Part shown: positions 1-13,400 of the stretch, in pieces
Layout: each line of letters starts with the position of its first letter
How positions within the stretch are numbered: the stretch's first letter is position 1
Source: Octopus sinensis
Taxonomy: Eukaryota
Length of the DNA: 64,000 nt
Direction of reading: 5' to 3'
NCBI RefSeq assembly: GCF_006345805.1
Contig: NW_021837040.1
Location: 24,096 to 88,095 of the forward strand
Program-made: the position numbers and the translations under genes
The notes under the pieces: model-generated
Seen by the model: only the letters and a program-made list of their open reading frames with translations
Told to the model about the DNA's origin: nothing
The model's database searches: none

Positions 1-149
1 TTGACTGCTATTTCAGCATGGTGGTATCTCTCAGATACCCTAATTTATAGTTTTAAATAATATTTAACAAATGCAACACAACAACGTTTCCCTGACGAGG
101 AACCAACAAACGTGATTACAATAGTCAAACAGTAATAATAATAACAACA

Positions 150-228
150 CCTTTTTAATTTATCCCCATTTATGTGAAACCACTTATTCAAGTTCAAGTC
201 ATTGATGCAATTTTATACGAATTGCTAA

Positions 229-269
<41 letters not shown>

Positions 270-698
270 ATAAGGGTGAAAAATTGAATATTAATTTGAT
301 TAATATGAATTGAAAACCAGTGGTGTAGCATATAAGACAATAGCGGAACTTCTTCTAGCAAAAAGGATGACCACTATTAATGGTTCATCCCTATTATATA
401 ACACTTTCACTTTAATAGTTTCAGTATTATAATGAAAGTGTCTGCATTACAAAAGAGAGATGTTTTTGTTTCACTTTTAACACGCAATACTGAAATAGTG
501 GAGAAGATATGATATTGCTGTGGGGTCACCCTGGGAAAAAGTTAAGATTTTTTGCCGATGACACTCCCCGGACCTTAAGTAAGGCATGTGTAAAATTTGA
601 ATGAAATTGGTTGTGTAGTTCTCAAGTTTTAGGGAAACACACAGAAAGACAGACAGACAGACAGAGACACATTCTCAGTCTTATATATAGAGAGAGAT
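150..698 (-). mobile_element. Partial copy of the same Helitron family
   Basis: Reverse complement of 37876-38420, with a PLE-terminus insert near 270-410. Confidence 0.65.
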
Positions 699-754
699 AA
701 CATATAATATATATTATTATATGTTATATTAAATAGATTATATATATTATAATA

Positions 755-2300
755 CTAGCATTATGACACGTCATAGTGCTAGTACATGTATATATGTGTA
801 TATATACGTGTACATATTACTTGTACATCTATATATATACATCTACACATAAAATACAAAATACAAAGTTATATCTTGATATCGCTAGTGATAACAATAC
901 TCAATATATATAACAGACTGGAATTGTTAGCCCGTCTCTTGTAATTTCGATCAATTGTATCTTGGCCTCCCTCTTGTATAGAAGTGTGGCTACAATCCAG
1001 CCTACCTCTACTTCTTCGGGGGGGGGGGGCATTTAAAATTTTTATCTGGGACGTCCTACGTCCCAGATATAAAGGTAAAAATAAAATATTTCCACTTTGC
1101 AAGGTTCGAGTCGAGTACTCCCTTGCACGCTCCGTTGACTCGAACCTTGCTTCTATTGTGGCGAATTTACCGCCTCTAGTTAGATATCTTTCATAGTCGC
1201 ACCAAGACACTCTTCGATGGTGCTTTCCTCCAGGTGTTCAAATCTTTTTTTTCTCTACATTGTATACTTTATAGACAATAGTCTTTTCTTTAATTTAATT
1301 TCGTATTTCGTTTGGTGGTGTTATCCTAGATACACTGTTTTTGTCGGTGATCAATCCGTATTTCTTCCATTTCAATTTCAATGAGTTCGCGCCCACCGAC
1401 GGCTTCGGCGAAATTCATTTTTGGACTTTCTTCTATCCAAGGCATTCTAACAAAAATGCTTCGGCAAAGACGGTGAAAATATTGTCAATTTGCCCAAACA
1501 GGGACACAATTCAATTTTTAAACAATAACCAAAGCTCCTTCTCCCAAAGGGGGAGGGTTACAGTTTACAATTATTTAACAAATGCAACAGAGCAATGTTT
1601 CCTTTGCGTGGAACCAACAAACGTGATAACAATAGTTAAACAGTAATAATAATAACAACAAACCTTACGATGAATCAGAAAGCAGTAAGCAGTTGAAGCT
1701 TTAGTCCTTTATGTATAAGAAATAAACCAACAGCAGTACTCTGTAGGAGCGGCTGTTACAGAAATTACATACAGCCAAACTTCATATAGATACTTAATGC
1801 TAGCTAATTAGCAGATAATCTAATGTAAAAGCACAGCTCCATCTGGACTATTCCATTTCTGCACGCTAATTTTATTTTTAATTTATTTCCATTCATGTGA
1901 AACCACTTATTCAAGTTCAAGTCATTGATGCAATTTTATACCAATTACTATTTTTACTTTTGTTATGTTACGATTATATTATACTTTAGTTTGATTTTAA
2001 TTATTACTTACTACATATAATTCAATTGTTATTATTGTTTTTATTGTTAAAGTGAAAGTATCTGACATAAAATAGAGAAATGTTTTTGTTTCACTCGTAA
2101 TACTGAAATAGTGGAGAAGATATGATATTGCTATGGGCTCGCTCTAGGCAAGAAGTCGAACTTTTTTTGCCCATGAAACTACATGGATCCTAAGTAAGGC
2201 ATGTGTAAAATTTGAATGAAATTGGTTGTGTAGTTCTCAAGTTTTAGGGAAACACACAGATAGACAGACAGACAGACACACATTCTAAGTTTTATATCTG
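755..2300 (-). mobile_element. Interrupted copy of the 37876-38742 Helitron family (other repeat-derived sequence inserted at about 930-1850)
   Basis: 755-930 matches its 3' end (CTAG at 755-758); 1860-2300 matches its 5' part in reverse complement. Confidence 0.65.
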
Positions 2301-2850
2301 TAACTGTAATATGTGACAAGTATTCGGTAGCCAAGATAAAACTCCGAGTTTCGGATGCCGAGGTGGAATTCCACGCCGGGCAACGGATAACTGAAGAGAT
2401 GGTGGCGTGGATTTTAGTGGAGTATTTAGTAACTGACGAAATCACTCTATCTGTCTGTCTGTATTTCTGACTGTCTGTCTGTCTCTCTCCCCATGCGTTA
2501 TTTGAACTTACAGTAGAATATAACGATGTTTAAAATAAAAACAAAACATATTGTATTAAGAAACCACATTTATTTCTTCGTTAATAAAAGTTAAAGATTA
2601 TATTGAAAATTAGTAGTGAAAATTGGCAGTTAGAAAATATCTATAGAATTACAAATCAAACCTTGTGATGTTAGATTTTGTGAGTTACAGAAAAAGAGAA
2701 GGTTTAAAGTACATTGCGGTTTATAAAGTGTCTAAGTTTCGTAATGTTGTATTGATAGATAAAAATGAAGTTCTCTTTTATGCAATCATGTTTAATGTAA
2801 TATAAGAAGAAAAGAAGATTCTCAAAGACATTAATTTTTTATATTCTTAA

Positions 2851-2907
2851 TTATGTTCTCTTCTCTGCTGTTCCAACATCTGTTTCATTATCAAAACTTG
2901 AATGAAC
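2851..2907 (-). CDS. Candidate terminal exon of the GPCR (VHSSFDNETDVGTAEKRT*)
   Basis: tgtttccag acceptor; phase 0 matches the donor at 9448; AATAAA about 280 nt downstream. Short, so it could be chance. Confidence 0.4.
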   Translation of the reverse strand, partial: VHSSFDNETDVGTAEKRT

Positions 2908-3324
2908 CTGGAAACACAATGAGAAAACCTTCTATGAAATAAAGTAAAATAACCCAAGCCCTTATGTTTTATATATAACCCCAATTGTCATCTGCTATTT
3001 TCCCGTACGTTAAACATATGAATTACAGAAGAATCATACACAATTTATATTCAAAACCACAATTTATATTAAAAACATTAGTTACAGAAACTAGAAATGG
3101 GAATTTAATTATCGGTCCTATGTTGTACAATCCTGACAATATTGGTTCAGGAATATCTTCCAGAAAAACTGGGCAAGTTGAGAGTGAAAATATGAGAAAC
3201 TTCTTAGTTCTATTCTGTGGATGTATGTTTTACATATATCTATCTATGGCACAGTGAAGACATTACATTGTTCTGTTTATGGCTGTGTTTAAATTTCATG
3301 CACAATTATCTATAGAAATATAAC

Positions 3325-3638
3325 GGGGGAGCACTCCGTCGGTTACGACGACGAGGGTCCGAGCTGATACGATCAACGGAACAGCTTGCTCGTGAAATTA
3401 ATGTGCAAGTGGCTGAGGACTCCACAGACACTTGTAACCTTAACGCAGTTCTCAGGGCGATTCAGCATGACACAGAATGTGACAAAGCCGGCCCCTTTGA
3501 AATACAGGTACAACTGATTTTTGTCAGTTGACTGGACTGGGGCAACATGGAATAAAATCTTGCTCAAGGTCGCAACGCCTCGCAAGGAATTGAACTCATG
3601 ACATTACGATCGCGAGCAAAATAACTAAGCCACGCGCC
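3325..3638 (-). mobile_element. tRNA-derived SINE
   Basis: A box (tggcttagtt) and B box (gttcaattcc); homologous to 51914-52228. Confidence 0.8.
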
Positions 3639-3658
3639 TTCTCTCTCTCTCTCACTCA

Positions 3659-3717
<59 letters not shown>

Positions 3718-3723
<6 letters not shown>

Positions 3724-4512
3724 GCAAGGGTTGAATTGTCGGCGTTTTATATTTTTCTAATTTAGCGCATTGTTGTCTTAGATTTTGTCGTCTAAGCATT
3801 ATAGTAGGTTTAGTTAGTTATTATGACACAATTCACGCAGCCAGAAACTCTGGAAACGACATGCTGTCCTGCTTGGCATTCGCCCCGGAAGTTCCAGTAG
3901 TAACATGTACCCAGAGTTGTCATTCAGTCAACATCATGGTGTTTGGAGTGATCACTAGCGATGGCGACGTTATGCCTCCATTTATCTTCTGGCACGACCT
4001 CAGACGCAACACGGAGGCCAACATCAAGTATCTGTAGAAGTTAGTGCTACCTTGGGTAAAGGGGGCAATTGCTGGAAGACTCTCCATGTCTGGCAACAGG
4101 ACTCTGCACCTTGCCGCACAAGCAGAACCCAGTAATGTACGTCAGGAAATTTATGCGACCACATCACCCCTACCATCTGGCCGTCTAACGTCCCAGATTG
4201 CAGCCCACTTGATTATTATGTGTGGGGCGCAGTTGGGTGACGGATCAACAAAACTCCCTGTCACACAATACATGAACTGAAGGCAGGGATTATGGCAGCA
4301 TTCACCAACTTAACAAGGAGACCGTCCAGAAGAGTTGCAGGCGATCTTGAAGTCATCTGGAGACCGTCCTTGAAGCCACTGGCGATTTTGTTGAATAAAT
4401 TTAGTCTTTCAAAATATTTGTATGTAATTCTGGTGATTATCAGTTAAAATGATGTGTCAGTATTATTTTCATTTTTGCCTAATTTAGAATATAGTTTAAA
4501 CATCTCAACCTG
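3718..4512 (+). mobile_element. Decayed Tc1/mariner-superfamily transposon (DD37D/maT-like)
   Basis: NIMVFGVITSDGDVMPPF...WQQDSAP...PDCSPLDYYVW motifs with stops and frameshifts. Confidence 0.8.
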
Positions 4513-4757
4513 TATGCACACACATACACACTCACACATACATATAAACATACATACATATATATACATATTTATATAAATAAGGATAAGATCGTTCATT
4601 TAGAATAAAATAACGATTTTATCAAGTAGCCAGCTTGGAAAAAATAACCTTTAAAGGTGATAATTATATGGACAGTTAAGGTCGTATTAGAATCAGATCA
4701 TAGCTGCTATTTTCAGCATGGTGGTATCTCGTAGATACCCTAATTTATAATTTACAT

Positions 4758-4839
<82 letters not shown>

Positions 4840-4842
<3 letters not shown>

Positions 4843-7800
4843 GGAAAATTCGTTTAACCGAAACCTGGGTAGCAAATTCACGTCAGAAACACGGTTGAAG
4901 CGACCTGTCCAAGGGTAGAAACTCCGGGTTCATGTGCAGAAATTTGTGTGTTGTATATGAATAAATGAAAGAATGGAGTCGAACGAAGATGTTAACAAAA
5001 TTCCTTTACTCTCGACATATGTTTCGAAGACAACATGTTTTCATTGCAAAGGAATAAAGGGTGCATTATGCAATCTTCACATCAGAAAAGAAAAGGAGCC
5101 TCTCTCGACAACAAGACAAACAAAAATTTCGATGACTGCCTACATGGTAAACAAAACGATAATGAGTATTTTTTTAAAAACTGTTAGAAGAATTGACGTC
5201 AAAGATAGATAGTAGGAAGAGAAGGGTTAAAGGAATAATAGGTAGGGAACAAGTGGAGAGGGAAGGGTACGTTGATTGAAAGAATGTTCAAAGGCTTAGG
5301 AAAGAATTTCGCTATTGAAGTGAGGTGGACGTAAAGCTAATTGTTCAAACCACAGTGACTATCGTTATCATTTATATGAGTAGAAAGTATGTTTCTGCAG
5401 TGTTTACATTTGTATGATTTTTCCATGAGTGTGTTTACTAGGGGAACCTTAGAGAAGAGAATATGGAAGAGTTCAGAGTTGCAAATGTTACAAAATCTCC
5501 TGCCCTTATCAAAAGGAAAGGATACAGACTGTACGAACCAATCTAACTTGAAATTTATATTGTTGTCTTTAAGACGCCAAACTAATTTACTTAGCCCTGT
5601 ACTATGTCGTTTTTTACTATCCCTGAATGTTGAATAATAGTTTGAAATTCTCTTGGATAACTGGGAAGTGGACGCTCCTATATAGAAGAAGACATCGGTA
5701 CCGGAAGAAATTCTACACTGGTAAATAGAATTCTTAATCTTAGAATTACTAGACAAAAATTTAATTCTGTTGGGGTTGTCCTCCGAGATCGAAACGAAGT
5801 TTTTATTGTTATGATTGTTGTTACTATTATTATTAGCGCCAACAACTACACTATTTCTATTATTATTAGTATTATTAATGGCAATACAACCAGTAATACC
5901 ACCGACAATAATACCGTTATTGTTATTACTATCAACACTACCATTGTTATTAACACGACTAAAACTGTTATTAATATTATCATTGTTAACACTTTCGCTG
6001 CTACCAATGCTGTTACTATTAATACTATTCCTATTATTATGATTGTATGATGGGTTGGAATTAGCAAGATTAATGTTGGAACTCCCGGTTGAAGAATCTT
6101 TTTGTAGCAGCTTGGTATTGTGGGTAGATATAATTTGTGAAAGATTTCTAGTGTTAGAGAAAGCGATTCTGACTATGTGGGAATTGATAATAGAATGATA
6201 TCTAGAATTTCTGGGAAAGTTCCTAGCAACGGCTTCACGGAACTGTAAGGGAAGGTTCGATTTAATTTGTTTTCCGAAAGGTATTACGAACCAGATACAG
6301 TTTTTTGTGGCCTTTGAATTGTTCTTAGTGTTATTTGTGATAGTAAGGGGAAAATTTCTGGGTTGGAAATTTGGTGTTGAATGGCGCTTACCTCCCCTAG
6401 TCCGTAAAGAATTTATTTTACGTACAGGGTTGCTGGCACTATTAGAATTGAAATCATTATTCCTATTACGAGTAACTTTTCTATCTGGAGAAGCAGATGT
6501 TGGTTTAGAATGAGCTGAATCGATGTATGACACTTTCTCCTTATAACCGGCTTTTAACAAGGAGGCGTTATAGAAGTCTGCCTTTTGGTTAAATATGTCG
6601 ACATTAGCAGATAATTTAGACAGTCTCAAAGATATGTTTTTGACTAAATTATCGGTAATTGGCCTGGCATGATTACTGAAAATGCTAATATACTTAAGAT
6701 TTGTGGAAGGTTTATGATAAGGGAAGTATGAGTTATTCTGAAAATTGAGGGTAATGTCTAAGAAGTTGGCTTTAGTTAATTCATCCTCAAAAGCGATGCG
6801 CAAGCCCATTCTACTTAAAAAACCTAACTAATCTGTTCTTAACCTTCTGTATTTTTTGGTTTGAAACGTTTTGGAGGTAAAGCAGACAATCGTCGCAATA
6901 AAGACCTCCACAGATGTCCGGGAATTGGTCGGCCATTTCATTAAGAATATAAATTCCGACCAAATCGGCTATCTGGGCGCTGTCTGTACTTCCCATTAGT
7001 ACATCAAACGGATTAGGAGTATCTCTACGGACCCACAACTTGCTATCGAACTGTATGAAAGATTTCCTAGCAGTCAATATCACACTAATTTCCTCCCTGG
7101 AGAGGCCTGCCTTATTATGTGCGTGCCATAGGGCCTTATTAAGTATAATAGGGTTGGTTGAAGAATAGAAACTAGATATATCGAATTGGATAAATTTAGT
7201 GTTGGCCTTATCAGTAATAGAAGTAACCCACATTACACTTGAACAGAATTGGACCATAAGCTAAGTTAATTTATTAATTAATATAGGGATGTACTTATCT
7301 AATATGTATTTACTAAGGGTACCGATGTCTGACTGGAAGGGCATATGAGCCGCAATGCTGGGTTAGTATGAAAGTTCTGCTCGTGGTCCTTTAAGATGAA
7401 TCTGGGTTGCCTAGGGTTCAATGGGCCCGTCCTCATCTGTAATCCGTAAGTTTCCATAATCCGTTTAGTTTCTAAGTTGGCCTGTCTGAGTGTATTCCTA
7501 CTTGTTGTCCGGTAATTCTTATGTATCTCCTTTTCGGGCAGTTCCAAATAATGGCTCTTGGTAAGCTTATAGATGTTGCCGGTTTTATCCGATTGGACCA
7601 AAATAGAATCCAAGTTGTTTATATCTCTAGAGACGTTATCGAGGTATCTGAGGTGCTTATACTTCCCTTATCATAAACTCATAGACGGAATCGCGTTCTC
7701 TAACACTAGAAATATTTCACAAATTATATCTTCCCACAATACCAAGCTGCTAAACAAAGATTCTTCACCGGGTGTTCCAACACTAATTTGCTAATTCCAA

Positions 7801-8893
7801 CCCATCATACAATCATAATAATAGGAATAGTATTAATAGTAACAGCATTGGTAGCAGCGAAAGTGTTAACAATGATAATATTAATAATAGTATTAGTCGT
7901 GTAATAACAATGGTAGTGTTGATGGTAATAACAATAACGGTATTATTGTCGGTGTATTATGGTTGTATTGCCATTAATAATACTAATAATAATAGAAATA
8001 GTGTAGTTGTTGGCGCTAATAATAATAGTAACAACAATCATAACAATAAAAATTCGTTTCGATCTCGGAGGACAACCCCAACAGAATTAAATTTTTGTCT
8101 AGCAATTCTAAGATTAGAATTCTATTTACCAGTGTAGAATTTCTTCCGGTACCGATGTCTTCTTCTATATAGGAGCGTCCACTTCCCAGTTATCCAAGAG
8201 AATTTCAAACCATTATTCAACATTCAGGGATAGTAAAAAACGACATAGTACAGGGCTAAGTAAATTAGTTTGGCGTCTTAAAGACAACAATATAAATTTC
8301 AAGTTAGATTGGTTCGTACTGTCTGTATCCTTTCCTTTTGATAAGGGCAGGAGATTTTGTAACATTTGCAACTCTAAACTCTTCCATATTCTCTTCTTTA
8401 AGGTTCCCCTAGTAAACACACTCATGGAAAAATCATACAAATGTAAACACTGCAGAAACATACTTTCTACTCATATAAATGATAACGATAGTCACTGTGG
8501 TTTGAACAATTAGCTTTACGTCCACCTCACTTCAATAGCGAAATTCTTTCCTAAGCCTTCGAACATTCTTTCAATCAACGTACCCTTCCCTCTCCACTTG
8601 TTCCCTACCTATTATTCCTTTAACCCTTCTCTTCCTACTATCTATCTTTGACGTCAATTCTTCTAACAGTTTTTTTTAAAAAACACTCATTATCGTTCTG
8701 TTTACCATGTAGGCAGTCATCGAAATTTTTGTTTGTCTTGTCGAGAGAGGCTCCCTTTCTTTCCTGATGAGAAGATTGCATAATGCACCCTTTATTCCTT
8801 TGGAATGAAAACATGTTGTCTTCGAAACATATGTCGAGAGTAAAGGAATTTTGTTAACATCTTCGTTCGACTCCATTCTTTCATTTATTCATA
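4840..8893 (-). mobile_element. Penelope-like retroelement (probably Naiad/Chlamys-type RT + GIY-YIG), 5'-truncated, frameshifted, with an inverted copy of its 3' part
   Basis: ORF pieces 7299-7613 (SDKTGNIY...LKDH...RLI), 6811-7257 (DISSFY, ARKS, FDVLMG) and 5337-6809 (ANFLDITL...YHKP; SIYQ...YIG...CNICN...CKH). 7682-8893 is the reverse complement of 4953-6175. Confidence 0.9.
8759..8840 (+). ncRNA. Type I hammerhead ribozyme in the PLE terminal repeat
   Basis: ctttc CTGATGA gaagat...gtcttc GAAA C atat G TC gagag; the mirror copy at 5009-5090 (-) has CTGATGT. Confidence 0.72.
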
Positions 8894-8910
8894 TATATAT
8901 ATATATATAT

Positions 8911-9250
8911 ATATGAAAGAAAAAAGGTGTTCAGAATGCTGGATGGTTGTAAAAATATGTTTATTTACATATCATATATTATTTCTTCATGTTAGCGCTT
9001 TCAAGTACTCCTAATATGCGCCAATAAGAAGAAATAATATTAGGTTGTCCCAAAAGTTCGTAAACACTTGCGAAAATTGAATTTTTACTCGCCAAGTACT
9101 AACAAAAACAACAAAAATTATTCCTCAAAATAAAGACCATTATTTTACAAGACTTTCTACGAACTTTTGGGACAACCTTATATGTGATGTGTAAATAAAT
9201 ATATATTTTTACAATCACCAAGCATTCTGAACACCTTTTTTCTTTCATAT
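8911..9250. mobile_element. MITE with ~70-bp TIRs containing a nested mariner-type MITE (9040-9180)
   Basis: Outer TIR atatgaaagaaaaaaggtgttcagaatgct; inner TIR taggttgtcccaaaagttcgta with TA flanks. Confidence 0.75.
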
Positions 9251-9283
9251 GTATTAAATCTGTACATCACCCCCAATACTCCT

Positions 9284-9324
<41 letters not shown>

Positions 9325-9448
9325 CATACATACAGATGGTTACGATGTTGACAATGGTTTATGTTGGTGTTTGTGATTAGCCCCATTGTGACATATTATG
9401 TTTTGGTTATGGTAGTGGGAGAAATAAGAAATATAAAATTGCACTCAC

Positions 9449-9842
9449 TTTTATTGGTTCTCATTGGTTTATATTGACGTTCCCTGTCTCTCGGTTACAT
9501 GCACATGAGGAAATGGCATCTCTGGCATCTTTCTTGCATATACAGTAGAATATAAAGATAAACATTCCGAGAAGGATATTGAAGATAATGAAGAGTATGT
9601 GAAACACTTCAGCTCCTTCTTCCACAGCGATGAATGCTATGACCCAAGATAACACGAACAAGAAGGTCACACTAAAGATGCCAAAAACACGCATTTTCTT
9701 TATTTCGTGTTCAGACTGCTCGTCACTTTTCTTTGAGCTACGTCGACAGATAGCGAGAAAAATCACGATAAAGTTGAAGAGGAGAATGGCCACCACAGGA
9801 GCCAGGAAAGCGGCATAGAAAGGCACCTTGGATAGCCAGCAG
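9449..9842 (-). CDS. Adhesion/secretin-class GPCR exon encoding ECL2 through TM5-TM7 and the start of the C-tail
   Basis: CWLSKVPFYAAFLAPVVAILLFN...LSW...FNILLGMFIFIFYC; acceptor ctttttag at 9843-9844; in-frame TGA at 9461-9463, then gtgagt donor at 9443-9448. Confidence 0.88.
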
Positions 9843-10068
9843 CTAAAAAGAGATAGGGAATTAATTAACAAAGGAAATTTAACAAATGTCCAGTTAATAA
9901 AATGAGATGATTTTGATCTGAAACAAAACGAAATATCATGCGCAATCTTGCCGTATTTCACATTAACTAAGGTATTCATATAAAAAAACTTCAGTATCAA
10001 GACAATTTAAAACGCACACAAACACATATTGTCACATAGTGCCTAACAGAAACCACTTTATATAAATG

Positions 10069-10106
<38 letters not shown>

Positions 10107-10329
10107 ATATGTTTTTGCTCCGCCTCTGTTCTGTTTTTGTTTTTCCAACGGATTTCCTTTTTTCTTCCTGAAGAGAAAGACACAATATGGTCCCATTATT
10201 CAATCGGATTTTGGTAATTTGTGCCTTTCGAAACACGTAGAATGAAATAAAACGATTTCTGTTCAATCTGCGTTCAGCTCCATTTCTTCAATTCACCAAT
10301 AATGTTATATATATATATATATATATATC

Positions 10330-10635
10330 ACCGTAATCACCGTGACTGACCAGGCTATCAGATGTTGCTACACATGCTGGTCACAATGCGCTTCGCATTG
10401 TTTTAGCCTCCAAATGATGCCACCCCGCTGGCTAAGCGAGCAGGCCAACAGAAGAAAGAGTGAGAGAAAGTTGTGGCGAAAGAGTACAGCAGGGATCGCC
10501 ACCCCCCTTGCCGGAGCCACGTGGAGCTTTAGGTGTTTTTGCTCAATAAACACTCACAAAGTCCGGTCTGGGAACCGAAACCGCGATCCTACAACCGCGA
10601 GTCCGCTGCCCTAACCACTGGTCCATTGCGCCTCC
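10330..10635 (-). mobile_element. tRNA-derived SINE (family also at 39469-39750, 43163-43462, 52395-52690)
   Basis: ggaggcgcaatggaccagtggttagg head, with a body related to the other copies. Confidence 0.75.
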
Positions 10636-10712
10636 ACATATATATAAAATTTTTGATATCATTTTTTCTTCTTATGCATACATAAACACAAACACACACG
10701 CACAGACACACA

Positions 10713-10829
<117 letters not shown>

Positions 10830-11479
10830 ATAAGAAAAAGGAGTTAAAAGTTGGAGGTAGATATCAATAAAGTATTCAGTTTTAAACGAATTTAGTTCAT
10901 TATATCAAACAATCAGACATCAATAACTGCAACGATGCTTTCTATATCTAAGTATGTTGATACCACAGAGACAAGTCTCGATTTGTTATGGTGAATTATA
11001 AAACTAAACATGATTTCTCTATCCATATATATATATATATATATATATACATGAACGTACATAAAGAGGAGATACAAATATTACAGGCGCTCCCCCCCAC
11101 ACACACTCACACTAACTAAACATAGACACACGTAGATGTATACCCATGCGCAAACGAAGACACATACAATAGAAATACAAAATCCAAAATGGCTGACCGT
11201 TAGTAAGGAGAGACACACAAACATGAGAGAAGAAAGCAAAGGATCACTGATGCGGTCACAGGAGTGTGACGAAAGAACTCTAGCCAAAATAAGATTAAGA
11301 TTAATGTAAAAAATAAATAATACTGAAGCAAAGTAACACCAAATATATAGTGCGTGTGTTTTTATTGGCTAAACTGGGAAAATGACCATTCCTAACTACA
11401 ACGATATCTGTTTCAACACAAGATTTCACATAAAAAATCTTGCAAAACAAATATATAAACGTATATATATATAATTTAT

Positions 11480-11769
11480 AAATGAGGGTGAAATATTTGA
11501 TATTAATTTAATAATACCATCCATTTAACACCAAGTGGCTTAGCACATAAGAACCAGGGATACAATACAAATTTATACATAAATATGAGAGAGAGACTAC
11601 TATGTGGTCTACCCTAGTGCTAAAAATAGATCCACTATGGTATTGCCACTAAAAAATTGTTTCCAATGAGAAATAACACAACATTTAAACGTGGGGCAAG
11701 TGAAAAATAACGAAAAAATAGATTAACCCTGAACAATTGTTTCATTATTAATGTAAATGCAATTTTACT

Positions 11770-11770
<1 letters not shown>
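11480..11770. mobile_element. PLE-terminus fragment related to the 525-bp array unit
   Basis: Shares gggtga...acaccaagtggc.tag and acaattgtttc motifs with the array units. Confidence 0.55.
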
Positions 11771-11801
<31 letters not shown>

Positions 11802-12419
11802 CTTTATTAATATACCTGCATAGACATATGTTATATTGTAATACTACTCAGTGGCTGTGTGAGCTACGAAATCCTCGTCGCCACTGTTATATCGCACGTC
11901 TAGATGACCTCTACTCACTTTACTACACACACGGCTACTCTGTTCTAGTCTACCTGACGTCTAGGCTTCTCCCTCTATATCTACGTATTGGGCTAGCCTA
12001 CTTCGTCGTCTGGAGGCGTCCACACAACAACATCACAAAAACTGTTACACTGAGTTTCACGTTCCCGTTCTTCGGACAGTTTTGGTTTAGAATGGAACAA
12101 CATATGGTTATATGTGTAAATATACAATTTCTTTCAAAGATACACATTTGAAAATGGATTTGTTTCATTGGTCCTTTTAACTAACGGTCTCGTCAATAAC
12201 AGACTTTATGAAATTACAATTACGGTTTAAAATCACTTTATAAAAATATAAGCAAACCTTAAATTAAAAGTAACTTTAGTAGAAGGAAAAAAACGTAAAT
12301 CAATTAATGGTAAAAAAAAATTGTAAATTTAAATGAATCAAAAGATGTTTAAAATAAAAACATACATAAATGACTAACGACTGCTAATTTATGAAGTTCG
12401 ATTTTGTCGACTTTTAGAT

Positions 12420-12600
12420 AAGACTTGGCCAAGCAGTATGTCAGCATCGATAACTCGGATTTAAATATTACCCTGCATGCAAGGAAATCCATCCCCCTTT
12501 TCGATGATTCCACCTGGGTTAAAAAGGGTGAAGATTCTCTGTTCGCTATACCGATGGGGACATATGACGGGGTGCCATTGTATATGCTTAGAATTTTTCA
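12420..12600 (+). mobile_element. PLE RT fragment
   Basis: LHARKS..FDDSTWVKKGEDSLFAIPMGTYDG resembles the RT piece at 6811-7257. Confidence 0.65.
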
Positions 12601-13019
12601 CTTACGAACATTTCTGATCTTCGCTTTTGGATTCGGCTTCTACACCTAATAGATAGACATATATTTTGTCTTACCTTATGGGTACATGTTTCGACTTCAT
12701 ATTTTATATCCGACTTTTAAGAAAGCCTTCGACTATTTTATAAATTTAAATTTAAGTTTCACCGAGGTTTAATTTTTCACTCATTTTAAATATTTAAATT
12801 TTAAATTATTTCAAATTTTTATATTTAAATTTATATATTTATATTACATTTAAGTATATTATATTAATTTATTGTATCAGGTCATCCCATAAGTTCTGTC
12901 CGATTTTACCTTTTTTAAAATTGAATTATTGAATATTTTAGAATGTCTAATGGAATTAAAAAGTATTTTTATGCATTTGTGTACATTTAAACTACTTAAA
13001 TATTATTTTACATATTAAT

Positions 13020-13400
13020 AGATGGAAACACCTTATAATTCCAAACAAATTTATTTCAATATGGGGTAGGACCGCCTTTGGCAGTAATTGAATTCTACGA
13101 GGTATGGACTCATGCAAAGTTTGAATTGTTTCTAAAGGGAATTTTGTCCATTCTTCAGCTAAAAGTTTCCAGTTCTTGTAGTGATGATGGTGGAGGATAT
13201 CGACTCCTTACTTGTTTTTCTGTAATGTACCATAAATGTTCAATGATATTGAGATGTGGGGAGTGTGGTGGCCAGATAAGATGTTCCACTTCACTAGAAA
13301 GCGCCTCGTGTCATCAGTAACAACTTTAGCTGCGTGAATTGGTCGTCCTGAAAGATTGCGTTTCCCTCCGGAAACAGTTCCGCAACCATAGGATAAATGT
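13020..13400 (-). mobile_element. Tc1 transposase C-terminal fragment
   Basis: AIFQDD...IWPPHSPHLNIIEHLW...KGGPTPY*. Confidence 0.8.

Noticed and set aside
85-115. CTGACGA hammerhead-like core near the window start
   Set aside because: No correctly placed GAAA or stem III, and the paralogous copy near 1600 lacks the core.
9461-9463. Selenocysteine recoding of the GPCR TGA
   Set aside because: Not a conserved Cys or redox position and no SECIS identified; nonsense, read-through or sequencing error are more parsimonious.
11081-11287. Hydrophobic ORF as a candidate for the missing TM exons
   Set aside because: No aGPCR TM1-4 motifs; hydrophobicity comes from TG-rich low complexity, and there is an upstream in-frame stop.
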